This document shows positions 9,340-16,814 of a DNA stretch of 64,000 nucleotides, in pieces. Within the stretch, counting starts at the first letter, position 1. Every line of letters begins with the position of its first letter. The notes beneath the pieces are model-generated. The model ran no database searches. It had not been told where the DNA came from and worked only from the letters and a program-made list of their open reading frames with translations. Source of the stretch: Ilumatobacteraceae bacterium (lineage in GTDB: Bacteria; Actinomycetota; Acidimicrobiia; Acidimicrobiales; Ilumatobacteraceae); the NCBI GenBank assembly GCA_963715285.1, contig CAVQRU010000008.1:13653-77652 (forward strand). The letters are read 5' to 3'. A program made the position numbers and the translations under genes.

Positions 9340-9662
9340 CCACCTGGACCAACCTCACCGCGATGGCGAAGATCGAAGTCGTCGTCGACGGCGACGACGT
9401 GCCCGCGGTCCGCGACCTGTTCCTCGACGCCGGCGCGACCGGCTACACCGCGGTGTCGGGGGTGTCCGGCTTCGGGCACCACGGCCACCACCAGGGCAAG
9501 CTGCTGTTCAACGATCGCGCCAGCCTGTCGATGCTGATCACGGTGGTCCCGTTGGAGCGTTCCGACGCACTGATCGCGGGCATTCGCCGGTTCCTCGACG
9601 ACCGCCACGGTGTGCTGTTCGTCTCCGAGACCCACGTCAGCAGGCCCGACTACTTCGCCTGA
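9336..9662 (+). CDS. PII-like signal-transduction protein (CPII-type, associated with the DAB transporter)
   Basis: ATG 9336 overlaps the dabA stop (ATGA). The 108-aa protein has KIEVVV..AVRDLFLDAGATGYT, a T-loop-like GFGHHGHHQGKLLFND, then MLITVVP..ALIAGIRRFL, matching PII size and secondary-structure pattern. Confidence 0.7.
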   Translation: MTTWTNLTAMAKIEVVVDGDDVPAVRDLFLDAGATGYTAVSGVSGFGHHGHHQGKLLFNDRASLSMLITVVPLERSDALIAGIRRFLDDRHGVLFVSETHVSRPDYFA

Positions 9663-9734
9663 TCGGCGGTCGATGCCGCCCCCGATGTGGTGGTTCGGCG
9701 TTCACCCGGCAAGATGAGGGGAAACCCGACACGG

Positions 9735-10190
9735 ATGGAGCCTGCAGTGCACACGATCATCGACACCGACGCCGTCAACCCGGTGCTCAACGAGATCCTC
9801 AAGGCGGAGCTGTCCGGGGTCGTCCGCTACACCCACTACTCGCTCGTCATCACCGGCCCGAACCGTCTGCCGCTGGTCGACTTCATGAAGGCGCAGGCCG
9901 CAGAATCGCTGTTGCATGCTCAACAGGCCGGCGAGATCCTCACCGGCCTCGGCGGTCACCCCGAGCAGGGAATCGCCCCGATCGAGGAGTCGCACGATCA
10001 CACCATCGAGGCCATCCTGAGAGAATCGGTCGGGCACGAGCGCCGCGCTCTCGACCTGTACCGCCAGCTGTTGCATCTCGCCGAGGGAGCGTCGATCTAC
10101 CTCGAGGAGTACGCCCGTGGCCAGATCGGCCAGGAGGAGCTGCACGTGATCGAGATGAACAAGCTGCTGCGCGACTACTCGATCGACTGA
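9735..10190 (+). CDS. ferritin-like / bacterioferritin-family protein
   Basis: Bacterioferritin-like N-terminus NPVLNEILKAELSGVVRYTHYS and paired carboxylate/His motifs (AAESLLHA; GQEELHV; GHERRALDLY). ATG 9735 was chosen inside ORF 9687-10190. Confidence 0.7.
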   Translation: MEPAVHTIIDTDAVNPVLNEILKAELSGVVRYTHYSLVITGPNRLPLVDFMKAQAAESLLHAQQAGEILTGLGGHPEQGIAPIEESHDHTIEAILRESVGHERRALDLYRQLLHLAEGASIYLEEYARGQIGQEELHVIEMNKLLRDYSID

Positions 10191-10212
10191 TCCCGGACGA
10201 CTGATCCCCGAC

Positions 10213-10545
10213 ATGGTGTCGACAAGTGGAGGCCCGGAGGTCGGGCTGTGCACCGGCAAGGACTGCCGCAGTGCCGGTGGGTTCCGGACCGTCGAGCGTG
10301 AGCTGCGCCGGGACTGCACGGTGCTCCCGCTGCCGTGCCTGGACGTGTGCGATGGGGTGGTCGTGGTGCTCGAGCCTCGGTCGCCGAAGGCGACGGTGCT
10401 CGAACGTATCGGGGGCAAGGGCTTGGCGTTGGAGATCGTCGACCACGTGGTGGCCGGCGAACCGTTGTCGGCTCGATTGCGCAAGCGGCGGCTCTCCGGC
10501 ACGAAGCAGGCCAAGGCCCGCAGGAGGGTCGAGCGCGCGCTCTGA
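10213..10545 (+). CDS. putative thioredoxin-like [2Fe-2S] ferredoxin-domain protein
   Basis: 110 aa with Cys-x4-Cys (CTGKDC) and Cys-x3-Cys (CLDVC) spacing and a basic C-terminal tail. No clear SD. Confidence 0.45.
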   Translation: MVSTSGGPEVGLCTGKDCRSAGGFRTVERELRRDCTVLPLPCLDVCDGVVVVLEPRSPKATVLERIGGKGLALEIVDHVVAGEPLSARLRKRRLSGTKQAKARRRVERAL

Positions 10546-10556
10546 ACGCGGCGCCG

Positions 10557-10964
10557 TCAGGCGACGCGAGCGATGTGGAACGCGGGGATGACCCGAGGCG
10601 CGGCCGAGGTGACGTACTCGCCGAACTGAGGCATCAATTCGGCCTGTGCCCGCAGCTTGGCCTGGCCCTCGGCTTCGGGCAGCTCGGTCACCTTGGCGGT
10701 GAACGTCCCGGTTCCGTACTCGACGGTGATCTCGGGGTGGGCCTTCAGGTTGTGGTACCAGTCGGGGTTCGTCGGAGCGCCGGCCTTCGACGCGAAGACG
10801 TAGAGATCGTCGCCCTCGACGAGTGCGACGAGCGGGATCTCGCGCAGCTCGCCGGACTTGGCGCCGATCGTGTGGAGGATCACGAGCGGGGCGTCACCGA
10901 ACTGGGCGGCCTTGCCACCGTTGGCGCGGAACTCGGCGATGATCTGGGCGTTCCAGTCGTTCAT
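10557..10964 (-). CDS. deazaflavin (F420H2)-dependent nitroreductase family protein (DUF385/Ddn-like)
   Basis: MNDWNAQIIAEFRANGGK..FGDAPLVILHTIGAKSGELREIPLV..ASKAGAPTNPDWYHNLKAHPEITVE. Internal ATG 10964 of ORF 10557-11054. Confidence 0.8.
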   Translation of the reverse strand: MNDWNAQIIAEFRANGGKAAQFGDAPLVILHTIGAKSGELREIPLVALVEGDDLYVFASKAGAPTNPDWYHNLKAHPEITVEYGTGTFTAKVTELPEAEGQAKLRAQAELMPQFGEYVTSAAPRVIPAFHIARVA

Positions 10965-11006
10965 GGCCGACGTTCTATCGGCAGATGCTTGCAATCGCAA
11001 GGAGTT

Positions 11007-11064
11007 GTAGCGTCGCAACGTCGTAACGTCGTAAGGTTGTAATGGTGTAATCACGATGTAGAGT
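11007..11064 (+). promoter_or_regulatory. divergent promoter region: degenerate 8-bp tandem repeat (CGTCGTAA-like, x5-6) overlapping -35 TTGTAA (11037-11042) and -10 TAGAGT (11059-11064)
   Basis: G(T/C)A(A/G) recurs every 8 bp at 11007, 11015, 11023, 11031, 11039 and 11047. The -10 lies 6 nt before ATG 11071. Confidence 0.45.
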
Positions 11065-11070
11065 CACGGC

Positions 11071-11613
11071 ATGACCACCGACGCCACTGTCACGTCCACC
11101 TCGACCTCCACGATCACCTCCTGGTTCCTCGGGCGCCTTCCCGACGCCTGGACCGCCACCGCACCCGCGCAGATCACGATCGACCGCGAAGAGATCACGG
11201 TCGTCCTCACGATCCCCGCACCCGAGCTTCCCGGCGACGCCGGCGACGTCGATCGGGCCGAGGCGGTGGCCGGCCGCATCTCGGGGTTCCGTGAGGACAC
11301 CCGCGAGCAGCGGATGACCGTGGCTCGCGAGGCCGAGCACCGGTTCGAACGCAAGGTCGCCTGGGGGGTCGCCGTCGGCGAGCGCACGGAACTCTTCACG
11401 CACCTCGCCGTCCCGGTGATGACGCGCCTGCGTCAGCCGGAGCGTCTCGTGCTCGACACGCTCGTCGCCGCGAACGTCGCCCGCTCGCGGGCGGATGCTC
11501 TCGCGTGGTGCGTTCGGCTCGTCGGCCAGCACACCGACGACTGGTTGAGCGGCCTGCGCAGCGCGATGGAGGAGGTCGACCGCCTCCGCGCCGCCGGCCC
11601 CACCCCCGCCTGA
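11071..11613 (+). CDS. hypothetical protein; C-terminus looks ribbon-helix-helix-like
   Basis: 180-aa ORF with good coding-like composition. The C-terminal segment is MTRLRQPERLVLDTLVAANVARSRADALAWCVRLV. No family recognised. Confidence 0.55.
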   Translation: MTTDATVTSTSTSTITSWFLGRLPDAWTATAPAQITIDREEITVVLTIPAPELPGDAGDVDRAEAVAGRISGFREDTREQRMTVAREAEHRFERKVAWGVAVGERTELFTHLAVPVMTRLRQPERLVLDTLVAANVARSRADALAWCVRLVGQHTDDWLSGLRSAMEEVDRLRAAGPTPA

Positions 11614-11616
11614 CCC

Positions 11617-11667
11617 CGTTCTCGTGAACGAGTCGCGGCGTCCCGGCGCGACTCGTTCACGAGAACG
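11617..11667. terminator. bidirectional hairpin terminator (perfect 21-bp stem, 9-nt loop) between convergent genes
   Basis: CGTTCTCGTGAACGAGTCGCG-gcgtcccgg-CGCGACTCGTTCACGAGAACG. The right arm covers the last codons of the CDS 11657-11932. No U-tract. Confidence 0.65.
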
Positions 11668-11932
11668 GCGTGGGGACCCGGCGTTCGAAGACGAACTCGT
11701 ACTCCAGGTAGTTGTTGAGGTGCTCCTCGCCGGGCAGGGGTGCGACGAGCTGCGACGACTGCAGCAGCATCCAGCCGTCGCGCAGCGCGGCGACACCGTT
11801 CGCATACGGCGGGCTGCCAGCCGGGATCGTCGGGCCGGCTCCGTCGGTTCCGTCGTGGAACGCCCACCCGACGGTGCCCGAGTCGAGCGCCGAGCCGTTG
11901 GCCCACAGGTAGAGCACCTGTTGGCGCTCCAT
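11657..11932 (-). CDS. hypothetical protein (91 aa)
   Basis: The start ATG overlaps the stop of the upstream PhyH gene (ATGA at 11931-11934), which suggests coupling. No family recognised. Confidence 0.5.
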   Translation of the reverse strand: MERQQVLYLWANGSALDSGTVGWAFHDGTDGAGPTIPAGSPPYANGVAALRDGWMLLQSSQLVAPLPGEEHLNNYLEYEFVFERRVPTPFS

Positions 11933-12816
11933 CAGCCGCCGACCAGTTCGGCGCGACCCTCCAGCCGGGTCAGGTAGTGATCGACGTCGTAGGTCTCGTC
12001 ACCGGTCAGGTACCGCCACAATCTGGCGCGCTGCACCTGTTCGTTGCGGTAGTCCGTGATGCTCATCCACGGGTGCATCGTGCGGAAGACCTGCGCCACG
12101 CTGTCGGGCAGGATGCGGGCGAAGATGTGATCCGACGGCGGGTTCTGCAGGTCGGGGAGGTCGGTGGTGTTCCAGAGGCGCACCTGCGGCACCGTCGGGT
12201 TGAGCCGCACCTTGTGCATCCATCGGTCGCCGTCGCCGGGGTTCGGTTGCCCGGCGTGCCAGAGGCCGTGGTGGAACACGACGACGGTGCCGGCGGGTCC
12301 GGAGAACTGCTGCTCGCCGGCGATGTGCTGGTAGCGGTCGAGACCCGACGAGCGAACCCGGCGCAGATGACTTCCCGGCACGAACCTCGTCCCGCCCTCA
12401 CCGGGCGCGACGTCGTGTGGGTACCAGAAGAGCTGCACGTCGAAGGTGGGGTCGGCCGAGTCGGTGATGGCGTCGACGTGCAGCGGTTGGACGTAGGTGG
12501 CGTGCGGCTGGATGTGGTGCGTCCAGTCGTGGTCGAAGGTCGGGTCGGGCCCGACGAACGACTCGATGATCCCGCGGATCCGGGGGAGTCGGAGGTAGTC
12601 GCCGATCGCCGATGGAGGTGGGTAGCACTCGTCGAGCGGCGTCCCGGTGTGCGGCGGCTTGAGTCCGTCCGGAGCGAACCGCTCGACCTCGAGTCGACGC
12701 ATCTCCTCGATACCCCGCTCGTTGATGTCGGCCGGCACGATGGCGTCGAAACGGATGAACCCGTTGGCGACGAACTCCGCCATCTGCCGCGTGGTCAACC
12801 GATGATCTGTCCCCAT
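11932..12816 (-). CDS. phytanoyl-CoA dioxygenase (PhyH) family Fe(II)/2-oxoglutarate oxygenase
   Basis: FVANGFIRFDAIVP, an HxD motif (LHVDAITD), VVVFHHGLWHAG and a GTRFVPGSH-type core. Confidence 0.8.
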   Translation of the reverse strand: MGTDHRLTTRQMAEFVANGFIRFDAIVPADINERGIEEMRRLEVERFAPDGLKPPHTGTPLDECYPPPSAIGDYLRLPRIRGIIESFVGPDPTFDHDWTHHIQPHATYVQPLHVDAITDSADPTFDVQLFWYPHDVAPGEGGTRFVPGSHLRRVRSSGLDRYQHIAGEQQFSGPAGTVVVFHHGLWHAGQPNPGDGDRWMHKVRLNPTVPQVRLWNTTDLPDLQNPPSDHIFARILPDSVAQVFRTMHPWMSITDYRNEQVQRARLWRYLTGDETYDVDHYLTRLEGRAELVGG

Positions 12817-12832
12817 CGCCGAAGTCTGCCAG

Positions 12833-12867
12833 GCGGGACAACACGGGTCAGACCCGTGTTGTCCCGC
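12833..12867. repeat. perfect 17-1-17 palindrome GCGGGACAACACGGGTC-A-GACCCGTGTTGTCCCGC (GGGTCAGACCC-centred family)
   Basis: Read directly. Lies between the ACAD stop and the PhyH start. Confidence 0.9.
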
Positions 12868-12873
12868 TCGACG

Positions 12874-14088
12874 TCAGGTGGACTGGGTGCCGACCTTGAG
12901 TTCGCGGAAGGGGACACCGCGGTCGACTGCCGGTTCACGCGGCAGGCCGAGGACACGGTCGCCGATGATGTTGCGCTGGATCTCGTCGGTGCCGCCGGCG
13001 ATGCCCGACTGGAAGCTGTTGAGCACGATGCGCTGCAACTCGGCGCCCGCCTCGTCGTCGGGGTCCCAGGCCACCGAGCCCGGCCCGGCGAACTCGAGGG
13101 CCATCTCGCGGACCCGCCAGGCGATCATCGAGCCGAACAACTTGCCCAACGAGCCGCCGGGGCCAGGGGTCTTGCCCGCCTTGAGTTCGTCGCGGGTCTT
13201 CATCGCCACCAGCGACTTGCAGGTCTCCATCGACCAGATCTGCATCAGCTGGTCACGCACGACCGGATCATCGAGCTTGCCGCTCGACTCCGCCGCCTTG
13301 CGCAGCATCTTGAACTGCGGCTGGTTGATCTTGCCGGCGCCGGCGCCACCGATCGCGACACGCTCGTACATCAGCATCGCCGTGGCGAGGTTCCAGCCGT
13401 TGTTGAGATCGCCGATCAGCCAGTCCTTCGGGATGCGCACGTCGGAGAAGAACACCTCGTTGAAGTGCGAGCCGCCGTCGATCTGGTGGATCGGGCGGAT
13501 CTCGACGCCCGGAGCACGCATGTCGAGGATGAACATCGAGATGCCGGCGTGCTTCACCTGGTCGGGGTCGGTGCGGGCGACCACGAGGCCGTAGTCGGAC
13601 TTGTGGGCGAGCGTGGTCCAGACCTTCTGGCCGTTGATCACCCATTCGTCGCCGTCGAGTTCCGCCTTGGTCTGCAGGCTGGCGACGTCGGAGCCGGCGC
13701 CCGGCTCGGAGAACATCTGGCACCACATCGTCTTGCCCGAGATGTTGTCGGCGAGGAAGCGCTCCTTCTGCTCGTGGGTGCCGTACTCGGCGAGCATCGG
13801 CATGCACATGCCGTGGCTGATGATGAACTCGCTGTCGGGCATCGGGTAGTTGCCCTTCACCTCGCGCCAGATCTTCTCGTGGGCGAGCGTGAGGCCGCCG
13901 CCGCCGTACTCCGTCGGCACCGGGAGGCCGGCGAGACCCGCCTCGGCGGCCGCAGCGAGGAACGCCTTCTGGTCGTCGAGCGTCGGGTTCTGGCCGGGAG
14001 CGAACTGCTCCATGAAGGCGACGCACTTCTGACGGAAGTCGGCGGCTTCGGCCTCCGTGAGCCCGGTGTCGGTGGCGGTGTCGGTCAT
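12874..14088 (-). CDS. acyl-CoA dehydrogenase
   Basis: Internal ATG 14088 of ORF 12874-15216. Motifs: MWCQMFSEPGAGSDV, VINGQKVWTT, and IAGGTDEIQRNIIG at the C-terminus. Confidence 0.95.
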   Translation of the reverse strand: MTDTATDTGLTEAEAADFRQKCVAFMEQFAPGQNPTLDDQKAFLAAAAEAGLAGLPVPTEYGGGGLTLAHEKIWREVKGNYPMPDSEFIISHGMCMPMLAEYGTHEQKERFLADNISGKTMWCQMFSEPGAGSDVASLQTKAELDGDEWVINGQKVWTTLAHKSDYGLVVARTDPDQVKHAGISMFILDMRAPGVEIRPIHQIDGGSHFNEVFFSDVRIPKDWLIGDLNNGWNLATAMLMYERVAIGGAGAGKINQPQFKMLRKAAESSGKLDDPVVRDQLMQIWSMETCKSLVAMKTRDELKAGKTPGPGGSLGKLFGSMIAWRVREMALEFAGPGSVAWDPDDEAGAELQRIVLNSFQSGIAGGTDEIQRNIIGDRVLGLPREPAVDRGVPFRELKVGTQST

Positions 14089-14135
14089 GTGGTGTCCTCC
14101 GTCTCGACGGCCGATCTCGCGGCCGTTGGGAAATC

Positions 14136-14169
14136 TACAGTTGCAATACTGTATGGCACCGTACAGTAT
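14136..14169. promoter_or_regulatory. candidate MarR operator: two overlapping palindromes TACAGT-N6-ACTGTA and ATACTGTA-N8-TACAGTAT
   Basis: Located in the divergent ACAD/MarR intergenic region. The third half-site TACAGT (14162-14167) also fits a TANNNT -10, 20 nt before ATG 14188. Confidence 0.5.
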
Positions 14170-14187
14170 GTGTCCACACCGAGCGCC

Positions 14188-14688
14188 ATGAACACTGCCA
14201 ATCTCACCACCCACGAACTCGATTCGCCCCCGTGGCTCCGCGTCGAGTCGACCCTGATGTCGACGGCACGTCTGCTGCGGGTGGCCTTCGACACGCGGCT
14301 TGCCGCGCTCGACCTCAACCTCACGCAGGCCTCGTTGCTCGGGTACGTGGCGGAGTTCGGGGCGACCACGCAGACCGATCTCGCCGACCATCTCGGCATC
14401 GGCCGCGCGCAGATCGGCTCGGTGATCGATCGCCTGCAGGCTCGCGGACTCGTCGAGCGTCAACCGAAAGCCGACGACCGGCGGGTGTGGCTGGTGGCCA
14501 TCACCCCCGACGGCCAAGCGCTGGCCGACCGCGTCAACGAGGTCGACACGGTGCTGCGAGCCGAGTTGCGCCGCGGCATCGGCCGCGAGGAGCGCCAGGC
14601 GCTCGCGTGGGTGATGACCCGCCTCCAACAGAACCTCGCCACCGCCATCGCCACCACCCCGCCGAGTCCGTCCCGAGCCGAGCGATGA
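14188..14688 (+). CDS. MarR family transcriptional regulator
   Basis: Winged-HTH pattern LTQASLLGYVAEFGATTQTDLADHLGIGRAQIGSVIDRLQARGLVERQPKADDRR. Confidence 0.9.
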   Translation: MNTANLTTHELDSPPWLRVESTLMSTARLLRVAFDTRLAALDLNLTQASLLGYVAEFGATTQTDLADHLGIGRAQIGSVIDRLQARGLVERQPKADDRRVWLVAITPDGQALADRVNEVDTVLRAELRRGIGREERQALAWVMTRLQQNLATAIATTPPSPSRAER

Positions 14689-14741
14689 GCGGACGACGCC
14701 CCGGTGGCGGCCTCGCTCGTCGCGGCAACGTTCCCATCCCC

Positions 14742-14785
14742 AGCGATGAGCGAGACCCCCGCATGTGGTGCTTTCACTCATCGCT
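14742..14785. repeat. REP-like hairpin element, GCGATGAGCGA...TCACTCATCGC family
   Basis: AGCGATGAGCGAGACCCCCGCATGTGGTGCTTTCACTCATCGCT. Close copies lie at 30067, 49235 and 49306. Confidence 0.85.
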
Positions 14786-14821
14786 CCACTCGATCTCAAC
14801 CACACCAACAGGAGAACAGCA

Positions 14822-15988
14822 ATGACCGAAGCAGTGATCGTCGACGCCGTCCGCACCCCGGGCGGCAAGCGCAACGGAAAGTTGAAGGACCAGCATCCCG
14901 CCGCGCTCGCGGCCAAGGTCCTCAAGGCGCTCGAGGAGCGCAACGGGCTCGACCCCGCCATGGTCGACGACGTGATCATGGGTTGCGTGATGCAGGTCGG
15001 TGAGCAGTCGCTCAACATCGGCCGCAACGCCGTGCTGGCTGCCGGCTGGCCCGAAGAGGTCCCCTCGACCACGATCGACCGCCAGTGCGGCTCGAGCCAG
15101 CAGTCGATGCACTTCGCTGCGCAGGGCGTGATGGCCGGCGCGTACGACGTCGTCGTCGCCGCCGGTGTCGAGGTGATGACCCGCACACCGATGGGTGCCT
15201 CGATCGTCCAGGGCATGGGCTTCCCGTTCCCACAGGAGCAGCTCGACCGCTACGCCGACACCGGTCTGCCCCCGCAGGGCATCGGCGCCGACATGATCGC
15301 CGTCGAGTACGGCCTCACCCGCGACGACCTCGACGAGTTCGGTGCCCTCAGCCAGCAGCGCGCCGCCCAGGCCCGCGACGAGGGTCGCTTCGAGAACGAG
15401 ATCATCCCGATCGAGGTCGACATCGACGGCCAGACCGAGGTCGTGAAGAGCGACGAGGGCATCCGTGAGGGCACCACCGCCGAGACGCTCGCCAAGCTGA
15501 AGCCCGCCTTCAAGGAGGACGGCCTGATCACCGCCGGCAACTCCTCGCAGATCTCCGACGGCGCCTCGGCCGTGCTGATCATGAGCAAGGAGAAGGCCGA
15601 GGAGCTCGGCATGAAGCCCCGCGCCCGCTTCCACGCCTTCGCGGTGACCGGCACCGACCCGGTGACGATGCTGAAGGGCCCGATCCCGGCGACCAAGAAG
15701 ATCCTCGAGAAGACCGGCCTCACCATCGACGACATCGACCTGTTCGAGGTCAACGAGGCGTTCGCCTCGGTCGTCCTGGCGTGGCAGAAGGAGACCGGCG
15801 CCGACATGAGCAAGGTCAACGTCAACGGTGGTGCGATCGCCCTCGGTCACCCGCTCGGCGCGTCGGGCACCAAGCTGATGGCGACGCTGCTCAACGAGCT
15901 CGAGCGCACCGGCGGCCGCTACGGCCTGCAGGTGATGTGCGAGGGCGGCGGCATGGCCAACGCCACCATCATCGAGCGCCTCGACTGA
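14822..15988 (+). CDS. acetyl-CoA C-acyltransferase (thiolase)
   Basis: Active-site DRQCGSSQQ, NVNGGAIALGHPLGASG and CEGGGMA. Internal ATG 14822. Confidence 0.95.
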   Translation: MTEAVIVDAVRTPGGKRNGKLKDQHPAALAAKVLKALEERNGLDPAMVDDVIMGCVMQVGEQSLNIGRNAVLAAGWPEEVPSTTIDRQCGSSQQSMHFAAQGVMAGAYDVVVAAGVEVMTRTPMGASIVQGMGFPFPQEQLDRYADTGLPPQGIGADMIAVEYGLTRDDLDEFGALSQQRAAQARDEGRFENEIIPIEVDIDGQTEVVKSDEGIREGTTAETLAKLKPAFKEDGLITAGNSSQISDGASAVLIMSKEKAEELGMKPRARFHAFAVTGTDPVTMLKGPIPATKKILEKTGLTIDDIDLFEVNEAFASVVLAWQKETGADMSKVNVNGGAIALGHPLGASGTKLMATLLNELERTGGRYGLQVMCEGGGMANATIIERLD

Positions 15989-16006
15989 CCCCAACCCTCA
16001 GAAATC

Positions 16007-16049
16007 GGCCTGGATCGTCGCGCTCGGCGCGACGATCCAGGCCTTTTTC
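16007..16049 (+). terminator. rho-independent terminator after the thiolase gene
   Basis: Perfect 17-bp stem GGCCTGGATCGTCGCGC-tcg-GCGCGACGATCCAGGCC followed by TTTTTC. Confidence 0.85.
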
Positions 16050-16136
16050 GGGTCGATGGGTTTCGGGTCGATGGGCGAGTCGCCGCGTGACCTCCGACCA
16101 GCTGACGGGAGGAGCGCGGAGGAGTACCGTCGGGGC

Positions 16137-16814
16137 ATGTCCCGGCCTGCTCCTGCGAACGTCGCCGTCGTGCGGATCAGCACCACCAGCGGCTCGGTGC
16201 GTGTCACCGCGGAGCCCGGACGGACGGACGTGTCGTCGAGCAGTACCCCCGTGTCGTCGGTCGACGAGTCGGTGACCATCGATGGCGGGAACTCCAAGGT
16301 CGACGTGCGTGTCCCGGAGGGAACCGACCTCGTGATCGGCACGATCTCCGGCAAGGTGACCGTCGACGGCAGGGTCGGCGCCGTCTCTGCGCTCACGACG
16401 TCGGGCCGGATCTCCATCGATCACGCCGCATCGGTCGATGCCCGCTCGACCAGCGGACAGGTGGAGGTCACCCACGCCGACGGCGAGTGCCGCGTGATGT
16501 CGACGAGCGGAAGGGTGCAGGTCGGTCGCTGCGGCGCAGCGGATGCTTCGAGCGGGAGCGGTCGGATCGTGCTGGCCGATGCACACGGACCCGTGCGAGC
16601 CAACTGCACGAGCGGCAGGATCACCGTCTCGATGGCCGGTGCCCACGACGTCGACGCCGAGACGGTGGCCGGTCGGATCGACGTCTCGCTCCCGTCCGGC
16701 GTGCGACCCCTCGTCGTGTCGTCGGCCGCGGCTGCCGCCGAGGCGGGGCAGGAGCACGACTGCAACGTCATCGCCCGGTCGGGGACCGGTCGGGTCGTCG
16801 TCTCGAATCGATGA
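16137..16814 (+). CDS. DUF4097-type (LiaG/YvlB-like, beta-helical 'putative adhesin') protein
   Basis: Repeated SG-x-[IV]-x-[IV] rungs (TSGSVRVTA, ISGKVTVDG, TSGRISIDH, TSGQVEVTH, TSGRVQVGR, GSGRIVLAD, TSGRITVSM, VAGRIDVSL). ATG 16137 has GGAGGAG 13 nt upstream. The ORF opens at 16056. Confidence 0.65.
   Translation: MSRPAPANVAVVRISTTSGSVRVTAEPGRTDVSSSSTPVSSVDESVTIDGGNSKVDVRVPEGTDLVIGTISGKVTVDGRVGAVSALTTSGRISIDHAASVDARSTSGQVEVTHADGECRVMSTSGRVQVGRCGAADASSGSGRIVLADAHGPVRANCTSGRITVSMAGAHDVDAETVAGRIDVSLPSGVRPLVVSSAAAAAEAGQEHDCNVIARSGTGRVVVSNR

Noticed and set aside
11740-14688. Very long ORFs in the track. Examples: 64-1617, 1735-3729, 4323-6269, 6817-7893, 8107-9294, 11740-14688 (upstream part), 14774-15994, 19559-21832, 36108-38099, 41842-43512, 43415-45220, 44970-46589, 46333-48066, 57118-59157 and 61054-63366.
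   Set aside because: They run antisense to or out of frame with genes that carry clear family motifs. Their translations are Arg/Gly/Asp/His/Pro-rich with no recognisable domains. This is typical stop-codon-poor artefact of about 70% GC DNA. Only the 3' segment of 11740-14688 (14188-14688) is real, and it is the MarR gene.
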